Source: a virus
Lineage: Duplodnaviria; Caudoviricetes
DNA length: 64,000 bases
IMG/VR virus record: IMGVR_UViG_3300038679_000051
Coordinates: 128,001-192,000 of that record
Strand: one strand, 5' to 3'
Both the position numbers and the translations under genes were made by a program. The notes under the pieces were generated by a model. That model was not told the DNA's origin, ran no database searches, and saw nothing but the letters and a program-made list of their open reading frames with translations. This document shows positions 10,150 through 20,101 of the stretch, one piece after another; the first letter of the stretch is position 1, and each line of letters starts with the position of its first letter.

Positions 10150-10874
10150 TGTGTGATCGTCTCCCTAAAATTCTTCAACAACGTGGCTGATCCCCAATTT
10201 TTGTCGACGTTGGCTACCAACATCCCATCTTTCAATTTTTTCATTGATATTGCTCTATTTCTTTCTTCCATTGCCCTACGATTCTTCTCCAGCATATACT
10301 TGACCCGATCAGCTCTTGCATGATGCAATCTGTTGATGTAGACATTACCCTCGAATCTTCCGATCTTAAAACCTAATGCCATAGCTCTGTCAAACATGTC
10401 TCTATCGTCATGACCATAACCAATTATGTCTTCATCATAACCACCCATATTAATGAAATCACTTTTAAAAAATCCCAATCGTCCATGCAATAATCTTTTA
10501 CCTTTCGAAAACAACGTTTTCGTACCCATTTCGTTTGCTAATCTATTTAATTCAGTTGCGAAATTGCCGGTGAAATTATCAGCATCAACGTTGCAAACGA
10601 TGTCCCCAGTTGCCGCTTTGAAGGCAACGTTCCTTGAATGTGTCATGCTGTAGAATCTTATGGTGCTTTCTTTCAGATACAGGATCTTACCATCGTCCAT
10701 TAATTGCACATATTGCTTCATCCATTCGTCTAAATTGTCTGGTGAATTATAATTTAGGATCACAAATTCTACGTTTGGATAGATGTTGTCTTCAATATTC
10801 TTGGGTAATGTCTCACATAAATGATGCAACCTACCCATACAAGTGGTACAAAGTGAAATCTTGTGAAATGCCAT
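10146..10874 (-). CDS. glycosyltransferase, GT2 / galactosyltransferase (GT7 C-term)-like
   Basis: ISLCTTCMGR, VCNVDADNF (DxD), GGYDEDIIGYGHDDRD. Start reassigned to MAFHK (10874). Confidence 0.8.
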   Translation of the reverse strand: MAFHKISLCTTCMGRLHHLCETLPKNIEDNIYPNVEFVILNYNSPDNLDEWMKQYVQLMDDGKILYLKESTIRFYSMTHSRNVAFKAATGDIVCNVDADNFTGNFATELNRLANEMGTKTLFSKGKRLLHGRLGFFKSDFINMGGYDEDIIGYGHDDRDMFDRAMALGFKIGRFEGNVYINRLHHARADRVKYMLEKNRRAMEERNRAISMKKLKDGMLVANVDKNWGSATLLKNFRETITQ

Positions 10875-10878
10875 CGAA

Positions 10879-11205
10879 TCATACCTTCTGCATAGTCTTG
10901 GCATCAAGTATGTGTCCACAATCAACACAAACGAATACAATCCGACGACCAAATAAACGTGCAGGAATTGAACTATATGTGCCGTTTTCGTGTTGACATA
11001 AATCAAAAGGAATAACGAAAGTCCACGACAATTTTGTAGCTGTTGTGGTTGTACCAAGAACCTCTTCTTTCGTTCCTGTTATGAGTGTTCCTTGCGTCTG
11101 TTTCATTCTTTGCTCCTCGCAGTCCATTCCGAGACCTATTAATCTCTGAACTTCATAAATACTTAGCTCATTGTGCATTTCAAATCCTTCTGAATCTTTC
11201 ATCAT
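10879..11205 (-). CDS. small hypothetical protein with C-terminal CxxC
   Basis: Fills the gap before the GT gene; CQH...CVDC; start uncertain. Confidence 0.35.
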   Translation of the reverse strand: MMKDSEGFEMHNELSIYEVQRLIGLGMDCEEQRMKQTQGTLITGTKEEVLGTTTTATKLSWTFVIPFDLCQHENGTYSSIPARLFGRRIVFVCVDCGHILDAKTMQKV

Positions 11206-11232
11206 CCGTTTGTGGTTATTTTCGTAAATAAT

Positions 11233-12069
11233 ATGAGATTGGAGCTAAAGATGATGCCAGTGCCGCCGTGGATGACACACAGATTAAAAGAAATCACTAA
11301 GCAACCCATAGACATTAAACAATCCATACCTCCAATCACGGACAGACATACGAATCATTATTTTATAGATACGAAATTCAGAATTACCGAAGAGATATTT
11401 TCTGTGAATGGTCGTGGGCTGGGTGACGTATGGGGATCAATCTGTTATTTTTATAAATTGAGTGAAGATTTTGGTACCAAATTGAAATTATCTAAATATT
11501 ATATGAAATCACAAAGGAGGCGCGAATTCGAACGCAAGGCGGCAGAAATAATTCCATTGATTGATTCGACTGGATCGATGAATTTTGTTGATGGTGATCC
11601 TACAATAAAGATAAGACATCAGAACATAGGATATATACCATATTTTCCTACAAAGATTAGATGGATGGACATTCCAATTTGTGGTCATCCATCAGAATCG
11701 AATTCTACTACCTTTTGTTATCAATTTGATGGCAAGTCACATAAAGGCGCGAAAAACATGACTAAAGATCATGAGAAATTAATTATTGATTCTCTACAAT
11801 CACATGGATTATCACCAATTAAATTAGGCGGTCATTTGTCTCTAAATGAATGTGTAAACCACTTGTCGAAGTGCAAATTGTTCGTCGGCGTGGATAGTGG
11901 ATTCGCACATGTTTCATGTAGCGTCCGCAGTCCTACATATATAATTAGAAATCAGAGACCAGTCAAGGACTTAGATGATATATATTTCGGGAAAGGTGCA
12001 CGTTTCTGTAATTCAGCTCTGGATTTCGTGGAGAATTTAGATGACTCAATCATACGCACAAGACAATGA
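11233..12069 (+). CDS. GT9 (heptosyltransferase)-like glycosyltransferase
   Basis: LSLNECVNHLSKCKLFVGVDSGFAHVSCSV matches the GT9 DSG..H motif. ATG 11233 is in frame with track ORF 11212. Confidence 0.7.
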   Translation: MRLELKMMPVPPWMTHRLKEITKQPIDIKQSIPPITDRHTNHYFIDTKFRITEEIFSVNGRGLGDVWGSICYFYKLSEDFGTKLKLSKYYMKSQRRREFERKAAEIIPLIDSTGSMNFVDGDPTIKIRHQNIGYIPYFPTKIRWMDIPICGHPSESNSTTFCYQFDGKSHKGAKNMTKDHEKLIIDSLQSHGLSPIKLGGHLSLNECVNHLSKCKLFVGVDSGFAHVSCSVRSPTYIIRNQRPVKDLDDIYFGKGARFCNSALDFVENLDDSIIRTRQ

Positions 12070-12619
12070 AGATTTATTGATGGATAAATTTCTTGTTGAT
12101 TTGGGTAAAAAAGACATATCATATGTTGACATAGGTGCTGGTGATCCTATTATAATCAACAATACATACTATTTTTATCAAAAAGGATTCCACGGGGTAT
12201 TGGTTGATCCACTTCCATGGAATTGTAAATTAATAAGAGAAAAACGGCCTAGGGACATATTGATAGAAGGTGTGATCTATGATGGCGCTGAATCGGAGGT
12301 CTATGTTCGCGTTAAGGGTCGTCATGGCGGTGGTAGTAGAATAGTGTCGACGAAACCACCGGAACATAAACGACAGGTAACGGCATCAGCATGCAACATC
12401 AATGATGTTCTCGATTATTTTAGAAAAATTCCGGATCTCGTCTCGATTGATGCCGAAGGATATGATCTGACGATATTAAAAAGCATGAATCTAAAGAAAC
12501 GTAGAATCCCAATCATCTGCGTGGAAACTGAACATGATCAAAACATTGTGCCATTCATGACATCCAATGATTATAAAATTGTAGCTAAGACAAGATCAAA
12601 TACCATTTTCATGCAATGA
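12041..12619 (+). CDS. FkbM family SAM-dependent methyltransferase
   Basis: YVDIGAGDP...GVLVDP...LVSIDAEGYDLTILKS...ICVE...SNTIF. Confidence 0.85.
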   Translation: MTQSYAQDNEDLLMDKFLVDLGKKDISYVDIGAGDPIIINNTYYFYQKGFHGVLVDPLPWNCKLIREKRPRDILIEGVIYDGAESEVYVRVKGRHGGGSRIVSTKPPEHKRQVTASACNINDVLDYFRKIPDLVSIDAEGYDLTILKSMNLKKRRIPIICVETEHDQNIVPFMTSNDYKIVAKTRSNTIFMQ

Positions 12620-13679
12620 AATCAAAAAATTGGTTTATTATTTTCTCGGATTTAAATTGCTTGGCATAAATTTGAGCGTTCCTACCTAAAAGTTTTATTT
12701 TGTCTGGATTGTCAAGCAAATGGGTCGTCCACATTAAGAAATCATCATATCCATTACATAAATATCCATTGCTACCAGGCAATATTTGTTCTATGTTGCC
12801 CCCTCTGTTGTTTGCTATAATTGGACAACCAGCAACCATTGCCTCGGCTGTCGATCTTGACCATGGTTCTATTCGATCATACTCTAGATAAAACAAGAAT
12901 ATGTCGATGTTCCTCAAATATTGTTTTACTGAAATTGAGAATTCTTTTCGGATTATGACATTCGATATATCCTTAATTGAATCAATTTTGTTGCCCGGCA
13001 CTCCTAAGAAATCCCAAACAATTTTATCACCATATCTTTCATTGACCGCTCGTATCAATTTAGCATGGTCTGAATTAAATTTATTACCATATGCTTTGGA
13101 ATGTTTACCAATTCTGATTTTATTACTCTGGTCTTTATCCGGGTCGACTGATGTCACATCAATTGGGCTATGTAATAACATGCGCGGATAATGTTGTACG
13201 ACTCGTAATTTATCTTTCTTGCCATTAATTTCATCCATAAAACGTTTGTTACCAACCAATATCCTAATGTCTTTGCATTTTTCCTCTATTCCTGGTAAAT
13301 TAGTAGATGGGCTGATCACGAAGTTATATAAGAATGCCATTTGTTTAATTTTGGTCAAATCGACAAAACATTTGTGATGTTCCGTTCTACCTTCCCAATA
13401 ATCCAATTTCGAAAATGAATAACTGTCAGTGTTTACCGTCAACAACGTGTCAACGTCGTATAACCTCATTATGTTTTCGGGGTTTGGTTCTGGTTTAAAG
13501 ACGTTCGACCGCACTTCTATTTCGGGCATCAATCTCTGTCTGATTGAATCCAACAATCTACCTTCCGCAAACAATATCGGTTTATGTGGCGTATGTCTGG
13601 CGATTGAATTCGCCATTTCAATGCATCTAAACTCTGATCCACCGGACACTTCAAATTTTGAAAAAATTCCGACAATCAT
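12609..13679 (-). CDS. GT4 (GT-B) glycosyltransferase
   Basis: SGGSEFR N-terminus; DIFLF...EPWSRSTAEAMVAGCPIIANNRGGNIEQI. Confidence 0.85.
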   Translation of the reverse strand: MIVGIFSKFEVSGGSEFRCIEMANSIARHTPHKPILFAEGRLLDSIRQRLMPEIEVRSNVFKPEPNPENIMRLYDVDTLLTVNTDSYSFSKLDYWEGRTEHHKCFVDLTKIKQMAFLYNFVISPSTNLPGIEEKCKDIRILVGNKRFMDEINGKKDKLRVVQHYPRMLLHSPIDVTSVDPDKDQSNKIRIGKHSKAYGNKFNSDHAKLIRAVNERYGDKIVWDFLGVPGNKIDSIKDISNVIIRKEFSISVKQYLRNIDIFLFYLEYDRIEPWSRSTAEAMVAGCPIIANNRGGNIEQILPGSNGYLCNGYDDFLMWTTHLLDNPDKIKLLGRNAQIYAKQFKSEKIINQFFDFIA

Positions 13680-14511
13680 CTGAATTAGATCCTTCCATTA
13701 TTTCCTCAATGAGTTTTATGTTGTTTGGAAACGCTATGTTGGCGTCATACCATGCCAGGGCATTTGCAGTGATTCTCATTCTGAAATCATCATCATTAAT
13801 GACGTCATAATATTTCTTGATTGCATTGCCAGCCGTTATTGGGACATAATGCACTCCTGGAATTAAATCATTGTAATATTTATTGATCAATTTAGGCATT
13901 AACACGAGTACGCCAATGCCAAAACATTCTAACTCTCTATGACAAAAATTCCCAGAACCAGGCAATGAGAGCGCAATTTTATGTTTAGATAACGTCTGAA
14001 GATATATTCCATGTTCTAATTTTACGTTCTCATTCAAAATGTTTCTCATTGAATCCAACATGGGTTTTCTATTGCGTCCTTCTGACCCAACATAAAACAG
14101 TTTATTCTCAATTTTTTCGGTCACTAACAATTCACTTCTCAATTCATTATATGTCTCTGGATTCCTTACCCAATAGACATATGGTTTCACTCTAATGTCA
14201 CTATCGGAGATTCCTGGTTGAAATTGCGATTTCAAAATAGCAATGCATTTTGGGTGAGCCATTAATCCAGATATTCTATTAAAATGTGGTTTATCATCGA
14301 AATCAAATATGATAAATGTGTCATTTGATCGTTGTAATACAATCGTACGATGCATTTGGCCGGACATATCATATTTCGTATGCGTCGTCTGATATGGGAA
14401 TTTGTTTTTGTCTAGAATTTCGACCGTAATTCGCTGTCTAAAATAATTGCACAAATCATTCGCTGGGTATTTATTCCAACCGACATCAGCATATATCCTA
14501 AGCGTGTGCAT
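13651..14511 (-). CDS. GT90/CAP10-like glycosyltransferase
   Basis: LFYVGS...KHKIALSLPGSGNFCHRELECF...LIPGVHYVPI...A..WY resembles the GT90 C-terminal domain. Start at MHTLR after GAAGGGGG. Confidence 0.6.
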   Translation of the reverse strand: MHTLRIYADVGWNKYPANDLCNYFRQRITVEILDKNKFPYQTTHTKYDMSGQMHRTIVLQRSNDTFIIFDFDDKPHFNRISGLMAHPKCIAILKSQFQPGISDSDIRVKPYVYWVRNPETYNELRSELLVTEKIENKLFYVGSEGRNRKPMLDSMRNILNENVKLEHGIYLQTLSKHKIALSLPGSGNFCHRELECFGIGVLVLMPKLINKYYNDLIPGVHYVPITAGNAIKKYYDVINDDDFRMRITANALAWYDANIAFPNNIKLIEEIMEGSNSDDCRNFFKI

Positions 14512-15697
14512 ATTGTAGAGCGCCCCCTTCATAATATAATTCAATTCGCCTAATAACTTCCTCTGGAGCAATCATGTTCATGCATTTGGGGATTCGCAGC
14601 TCCGACGTTATTTGGATCGGATTGGAGCATAAATTTTTCTCATCCTTTTCGTCACCATCACCAATTAATTGACATCTGGAACACCAACAGCCACCGTCAT
14701 CACAACATAATAAAGCACCATTTGTGTGTATGTATTGATGATGTGGGTATGCTTCCCATTGTGATGGTTCCCGCCCACCGGCTATCACTACACATGCTCT
14801 ATTTTTTGGCGTCCCCTTAGTTTCTACAGCCGCCGCCAGATGCATGGCGAACGTGACTGGGCATACTACACCACTTGCATGATGCATCAATCTTATAAAT
14901 TGTCTGGTGTCGGTTTTACCACGCAAATCCAACACATTTTTCAATGGTTGGTGCCAATGACCATTGCTAATCTCACCACATTGTACGAAATTTATTTTAT
15001 CCTTAAAATGGTCAACGACTGCTTGATAGTATGCAGGATTCCACCATTTTGCGGTAAAGTCATTTTTGCCACCTGCTATGATTATCCAGAAGTTCTTGAT
15101 TCCATGTTCCTCAGCCTGTGACGTCCAATTTTTCTCAGCTTTAGAGAGATGAATGTCGCCCTTGAATTTGGTTGGTTTTATTCTTATGTTCAGTTGGTCT
15201 TCTAAATTCCTGATATAACCATGAATGAAATGATGCGGTGAATGATTACTGCCAGAGTCTGGTCCAAATGAATTGTCAATCAACGGATAATTACATTCCA
15301 CGACTCCTATGTCTTTGTCGTTAGACGTTATTTTCTTAATTAATCCATTCGGCGTATTCACTAACGTCTCATTCCATCCATTTAATCGGGTAACGTATGG
15401 ATTGTTGTCCCATAATTGCATGGCCGTAGTACAGACGTCAGTCTGAAATTTATTTGGGTGATTGACATGAAGATCACGCACGGCAGCAGTCAACATCACA
15501 ATGTCACCGGGTGAACAATTGCTACATAATACTAATTTGGTCTTCTTGGTTTGTTCGGTTCGCATTTGAGGAAGCGGTGGTTTAATCAATCTTGCATTTA
15601 ATTGTCTTTCGATATGATCTATGCGCATGCGATCGACATGTTGTTCTAATAGACTTACTCTCGTCTTGAGTTCTCTAATTTCTTTATTCTCATTCAT
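14498..15697 (-). CDS. GT9 ADP-heptose:LPS heptosyltransferase-like protein
   Basis: SPGDIVMLTAAVRDLH...KWW...DLRGKT...VTFAMHLAAAV...VIAGGRE. Confidence 0.8.
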   Translation of the reverse strand: MNENKEIRELKTRVSLLEQHVDRMRIDHIERQLNARLIKPPLPQMRTEQTKKTKLVLCSNCSPGDIVMLTAAVRDLHVNHPNKFQTDVCTTAMQLWDNNPYVTRLNGWNETLVNTPNGLIKKITSNDKDIGVVECNYPLIDNSFGPDSGSNHSPHHFIHGYIRNLEDQLNIRIKPTKFKGDIHLSKAEKNWTSQAEEHGIKNFWIIIAGGKNDFTAKWWNPAYYQAVVDHFKDKINFVQCGEISNGHWHQPLKNVLDLRGKTDTRQFIRLMHHASGVVCPVTFAMHLAAAVETKGTPKNRACVVIAGGREPSQWEAYPHHQYIHTNGALLCCDDGGCWCSRCQLIGDGDEKDEKNLCSNPIQITSELRIPKCMNMIAPEEVIRRIELYYEGGALQYAHA

Positions 15698-15704
15698 GTT
15701 TTTG

Positions 15705-15712
15705 AAATACTT
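15705..15712 (-). promoter_or_regulatory. putative phage promoter element AAGTATTT
   Basis: 7 nt upstream of the SD-less ATG at 15697; same spacing at other loci. Confidence 0.5.
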
Positions 15713-15966
15713 CAGGTAGTGAATTTGTCTATCATTCTGATTATGTCATTTGTCGAAGTGGTCCATTTTAGTGGTTTATATTTTCCCATGTGAAATTCAT
15801 CATAATCTACAACTTCTACTTTGGTCTTTTTATTGTACGATGCTTCCTGTTCTCTAATGTCGTTGGCACCACAGAATGCCAATATGCGACCATCATCCCC
15901 ACTAGTTATGTGAGAGATTTGCCAACCTTTGTCTTTCTCTTTATAAATGACGGCGAACGTCATCAT
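15712..15966 (-). CDS. hypothetical protein
   Basis: 84-aa ORF with 4-nt overlap to the NYN gene. Confidence 0.55.
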   Translation of the reverse strand: MMTFAVIYKEKDKGWQISHITSGDDGRILAFCGANDIREQEASYNKKTKVEVVDYDEFHMGKYKPLKWTTSTNDIIRMIDKFTT

Positions 15967-16670
15967 CCAAATATACCAAATTTATTTGATTTGTTCTTAT
16001 CGGTTTTACTCACTTCAACATCCACCTCATCGAGGTCGTCGATGTCGTCGTCGTCTCTTGGCAGACCATCTATGATTGTCTTACCAGCGGCGGTTGAACC
16101 AAGAAGACCAATTGAATCATTTTGTTCCTCTTCGACATCGATACGTTTTTCATCTGGTTTTTCAAATTTCTTCTCTTTGAAAATCCATGAATCCTGGATT
16201 GGCGTATATTGATTTGCAGCTTTAATTAATTCACCAGCAGTCGATCGATCGAAACTTACAATTTCAACCCTACAACCTATTGATTTTAATGTTTCTACTA
16301 AATATACATATTCACCATCGCCGGTAACCAACACGATTGTGTCAACTTTATTTGCGAGTCGAATGGCATCGATTGTTAGTCCGACGCTCCACGAATCTCT
16401 GCTTATTGTCGTTTTGCCTTCATGGTCCGTCCTTACTTTTAATTCCTTGATCTTTAATTCATATCCAAATTTACTGAGTGCATCATGAAACGACGATTGA
16501 TCGATGTTCTCTTTTTGGAGAATGTAAGCAATCGCCCTTATTAGATGTCGATCGCCGACAATTTGTTTCAACAAGCAACCATAATCAACTTTTGCTTGTT
16601 TGAGGTTTTTTGCAGAATAAAACATGTTCTGTACATCGACCAGAATGGCGATTCTTTGTTCCATGTCCAT
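15963..16670 (-). CDS. NYN domain (LabA/DUF88, PIN-like) protein with acidic tail
   Basis: ILVDVQNMFY...VGLTIDA...VLVTGDGEYVYLV...GCRVEIV. Confidence 0.88.
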   Translation of the reverse strand: MDMEQRIAILVDVQNMFYSAKNLKQAKVDYGCLLKQIVGDRHLIRAIAYILQKENIDQSSFHDALSKFGYELKIKELKVRTDHEGKTTISRDSWSVGLTIDAIRLANKVDTIVLVTGDGEYVYLVETLKSIGCRVEIVSFDRSTAGELIKAANQYTPIQDSWIFKEKKFEKPDEKRIDVEEEQNDSIGLLGSTAAGKTIIDGLPRDDDDIDDLDEVDVEVSKTDKNKSNKFGIFG

Positions 16671-16696
16671 CTCCTTTGTTTGGGTCTCGGCCAGAA

Positions 16697-17599
16697 TTAT
16701 TTAAAATCTGCTATTTTTTGCGTCAATACTTCTGGCAGTTTTCTACGCACGACATCAGCCGTGACGTTTTTGCTTTTCCAGACGATGTCGAATCCATTCA
16801 ACAAATCATCTGCAGTTATTATTTCTTTTCCAGCGTATCTTTTTCTACCGATTCTTAATTCTCTACGTCTATGCCACCACGCAAAGGACACTACCTCGGT
16901 GCACGAGAATGCACCAAAAGTTGTTTTTAAGTTGTTTTTACTTTCGTCTAAATTTGTAATTTCGTCCTCCGTTAATTTCAATCTCTGGATCATCATGTTT
17001 CTAATTGTCATTCTCTTCTCGACAGTCAATGGTTCACAAATTTCATTCTGTTTGACATCAACTCCATGTTCGTCCGTAGTTATAGCCAACATTTTGCACC
17101 GCAATCTATCGTCGTCAAGTTCTTCCAATTTTATGAAGGCATCTTCTATGTCAAACTCGAATTTTGAATCATATTTACAGCCTTCCAATCTGTTTGCATA
17201 TTTTATGGCTAATTCTGTGTCGTGTTGATTTACTTTGTCCTGTGGTGGTCGTAAAATTATGGCATAATCGCTATACACTGGATACATCGCATGTCGTCTA
17301 ACTACGCCCTCTGAGATTGCTTCAATGACGGTTGCCCGTCCTAATTCATTTCCATCAGTTACATGAATCCATGCATGTTTAAAGAATCCTGGTATGGCAA
17401 GATTTGACAAATATCCTACGTCCAAATGTAACCCAATATCACCAGCTTTGGAAATTTTGATGCCATCAAGTGCCTCATTATAAGACATCTGTTTCGAATT
17501 GACATCCCATGTCATCCATGGAAAATGCTTGATTCGTCTAATGTCCCCAATGAGAAAAACGATTTTTTCTCTAAGTCTGTGCGCCAGAGTGTGATTCAT
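16697..17599 (-). CDS. permuted papain-like NlpC/P60 amidase (YiiX/YebB family)
   Basis: PGFFKHAWI (His) precedes FSCTEVV (Cys); VIEAISEGV; KYDSKF. Confidence 0.75.
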   Translation of the reverse strand: MNHTLAHRLREKIVFLIGDIRRIKHFPWMTWDVNSKQMSYNEALDGIKISKAGDIGLHLDVGYLSNLAIPGFFKHAWIHVTDGNELGRATVIEAISEGVVRRHAMYPVYSDYAIILRPPQDKVNQHDTELAIKYANRLEGCKYDSKFEFDIEDAFIKLEELDDDRLRCKMLAITTDEHGVDVKQNEICEPLTVEKRMTIRNMMIQRLKLTEDEITNLDESKNNLKTTFGAFSCTEVVSFAWWHRRRELRIGRKRYAGKEIITADDLLNGFDIVWKSKNVTADVVRRKLPEVLTQKIADFK

Positions 17600-18005
17600 C
17601 GATTTTCTTCTCCAATTCGGACATGTTCTTCATCAGTAATTCTTGCATCTTTTCTTGTGCCGTGTTTGGCACCACCAAGGACGATGGTTTTATCTCTAAG
17701 CATTCCTCCAATATATCATGTAAAACTGGTTTGATAATGTCTTTTATATTATCAAACGTTTTAACATCACACAAATCATCCGCATTACCATCTAACCAAT
17801 ATAATGTAGTTGGTTGATCAACCACTGGCATTATTATCACTTCATATGCTCTTAAATGTGGTTTTAATCCTTCAACTAGATGTTTCATGTGTGCACTTAT
17901 CTGCCAGCTCGCCAATGCGCCTTTGACATTGATTAACAAGACTAGTTTCTTCTTTTGTTTTCGTCTTTTCATAAAGTTTTTAATACATTGCATGTATTTC
18001 TGCAA
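17571..18005 (-). CDS. hypothetical protein
   Basis: 144-aa tiled ORF, start uncertain. Confidence 0.5.
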   Translation of the reverse strand: MQKYMQCIKNFMKRRKQKKKLVLLINVKGALASWQISAHMKHLVEGLKPHLRAYEVIIMPVVDQPTTLYWLDGNADDLCDVKTFDNIKDIIKPVLHDILEECLEIKPSSLVVPNTAQEKMQELLMKNMSELEKKIDESHSGAQT

Positions 18006-18393
18006 TTATTCTCTGTGCTTGTTTAATGAATCGCACAGCCGAATCTACGTTATATCCGTCTACTAATTTTTCCATAAAAACGACAATTGTGTCTTCTTTT
18101 CCCTTGGCGTTCATCTTCATTACTGTCTTGCCATTTTTGAACGACACCGTTATGTGATGTCCCATGGGGCCGATCGGTTCTGTAAAAAATGATGGCCCTT
18201 TCTCTGGTGCATCATCGTGGTATTCCCCTGATGTTTCACCAAGGCGATCACGTAATTTCTCAAGCGATTTCTTCGCCTGGAAATCGCCGATCATTCTACG
18301 TTGTGGCGAACTGAGCGTGTCAGCCTTTGGTTCATCAACTTCTGATTCATCAGGTATTTCAATTGGAGTGTCCAAATCGAGATCTTCCGGCAT
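17980..18393 (-). CDS. hypothetical protein, acidic N-terminus
   Basis: 137 aa; GAGGAG SD. Confidence 0.6.
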   Translation of the reverse strand: MPEDLDLDTPIEIPDESEVDEPKADTLSSPQRRMIGDFQAKKSLEKLRDRLGETSGEYHDDAPEKGPSFFTEPIGPMGHHITVSFKNGKTVMKMNAKGKEDTIVVFMEKLVDGYNVDSAVRFIKQAQRIIAEIHAMY

Positions 18394-18465
18394 TTTTCGT
18401 CTCCTCTTTCTAAAACGGTTCCTTTACATATTTTTGACAAATTACATACGTTTGGAGGAACTGAT

Positions 18466-19431
18466 TTGAAGATTGCCTTAATAGATCCATTTGAAGTTAA
18501 AATACCGCCACCATTTAGCGGTAATTTAGAAAGAATGTGGCATGGATTTATGTGTGGAAGTGGTAATCATGATATGACCGTTATTTCAGTGCGTAAACAT
18601 CACATTGATTTGCCGTTAATTAGTGGTACGTTCCGACCAAACTCAATGTCTGCCACCTTGGAATTTATGGATTTATTCGATTTAATTATCATTCCAGCAA
18701 ACGTTGATTGGCATCTAAATGGAGTCAGACTTGGATTTGATGTATGTCTTAAACACTTGCGCCAATTACGACAGTATAATAATAAGATTGCCATGGTCGG
18801 ACAATTGAATTGTGATGATTTATGCGTATTGGTTAGAAGTAGGACAGAAGCTAATTGCATAAAATCAAAACGAATTAAAGTGATCCGGCATTGTAGTCCA
18901 ATTAAAAAATCATCAGTCGTTATAGATGAAAAGACTGTGGTTATGATTGGGTGCGTCACGCAATGGGGCGTGAACGTCGCCGCTGAAGCCTGTCGTTTAA
19001 ATGGACAGCAACTGTTTGTCGTTGGAAGGCATGACCTTAAGTCAACATATGGGGCGGTAATGCTTGGGGAAATAAATGAATCACAAAAGATCGATCTCAT
19101 ATCGCAGGCGTCTCACTGCGTGTGCATTAGACATCAGAATCATAGATCATTAGGAAGTCCATCATTGATTGAGCCGGGATTATGTGGTACGCCGACCATA
19201 GCCATTGATTTTGACGATCAATGTGCCATCGGCGAATATCTTGACGATACCATGATCGTGAACGCAAACATTAATGCAAGGGATATGGTGAATCTTTTGA
19301 GCGTCGCATTGAACGAACATCACACAGATCGCCTGAATCTCAAACAACACACGGCTGATCTTTACTCTTGTGAAACGTTTGTGCGAAACGTCATAGATGC
19401 CTTCTTTGATGACATCTCGATGTTTGATTGA
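18466..19431 (+). CDS. divergent GT4-like glycosyltransferase
   Basis: MKIALI..PP.F.G..ERM; C-terminal SLIEPGLCGTPTIA...AIGEYL; GGAGG SD. Confidence 0.65.
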   Translation: MKIALIDPFEVKIPPPFSGNLERMWHGFMCGSGNHDMTVISVRKHHIDLPLISGTFRPNSMSATLEFMDLFDLIIIPANVDWHLNGVRLGFDVCLKHLRQLRQYNNKIAMVGQLNCDDLCVLVRSRTEANCIKSKRIKVIRHCSPIKKSSVVIDEKTVVMIGCVTQWGVNVAAEACRLNGQQLFVVGRHDLKSTYGAVMLGEINESQKIDLISQASHCVCIRHQNHRSLGSPSLIEPGLCGTPTIAIDFDDQCAIGEYLDDTMIVNANINARDMVNLLSVALNEHHTDRLNLKQHTADLYSCETFVRNVIDAFFDDISMFD

Positions 19432-19500
19432 CGTTTACCCAATATCTCGACAATGAATCGCATTGCATTCCTCAATTTGGCAATTTTCTCATCTTGCTTT

Positions 19501-19824
19501 TCAATTTTCTTTTTTGTCATTTTTCACCTCGTCTAGTGACATGGAGATTAGTTTGTGTTTGGTGGACTCTTCCGTTGACATCATCCCAACAAGACTGATG
19601 AAATTCATTCTTTTTATTTTGTTGATTTTATTGATTAGTTTATCTCTGATTATTTCTGGTTCTATATGTTCGTCGTCAATTATTTTCTCAAACATTATTA
19701 CCTCAAATTCGGAATCTACGATGACTACGATCGATATTTTCTTGTTTTCTAATTTTCCGATCACCTCTACGGTTATGTCTTCCGGTTGCGCAAACAACCT
19801 TATTAATTCATCGTACCATTCCAT
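19501..19824 (-). CDS. hypothetical protein
   Basis: 107-aa tiled ORF. Confidence 0.55.
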   Translation of the reverse strand: MEWYDELIRLFAQPEDITVEVIGKLENKKISIVVIVDSEFEVIMFEKIIDDEHIEPEIIRDKLINKINKIKRMNFISLVGMMSTEESTKHKLISMSLDEVKNDKKEN

Positions 19825-20101
19825 TTTTCTTTTTCCTCAATGTTTGTTTGGTAGCACAAACTTCATCATATATTTTTAGAAATGCCTTCTCTGAGGTTTT
19901 ATATGCTTTGGCAAGCGTCATATTTTTATAGACTTTAATGATGACCATACCGCCTCTGTTGTCATTGTTGACGACTTTTAGAATCTCTCTAAGATGATTT
20001 TGATCAATAGCCGTCCCAGCATAGAATGGTCCCTCTATGACAATTATTGGCTTGCCGTCTGGATTTTTCGCATCACATACTCTTGCATACATCACTATCA
20101 T
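19808..20101 (-). CDS. hypothetical protein
   Basis: 97-aa ORF coupled to the dut stop. Confidence 0.55.
   Translation of the reverse strand: MIVMYARVCDAKNPDGKPIIVIEGPFYAGTAIDQNHLREILKVVNNDNRGGMVIIKVYKNMTLAKAYKTSEKAFLKIYDEVCATKQTLRKKKNGMVR

Noticed and set aside
10875-11057. Track extension of the GT2 gene
   Set aside because: Overlaps another ORF; the GT domain starts at MAFHKISL.
16545-17228. Long antisense ORFs (16545-17228, 9037-9681, 18600-19100, 5936-6436 and similar)
   Set aside because: They lie opposite well-supported genes and lack motifs or SDs.
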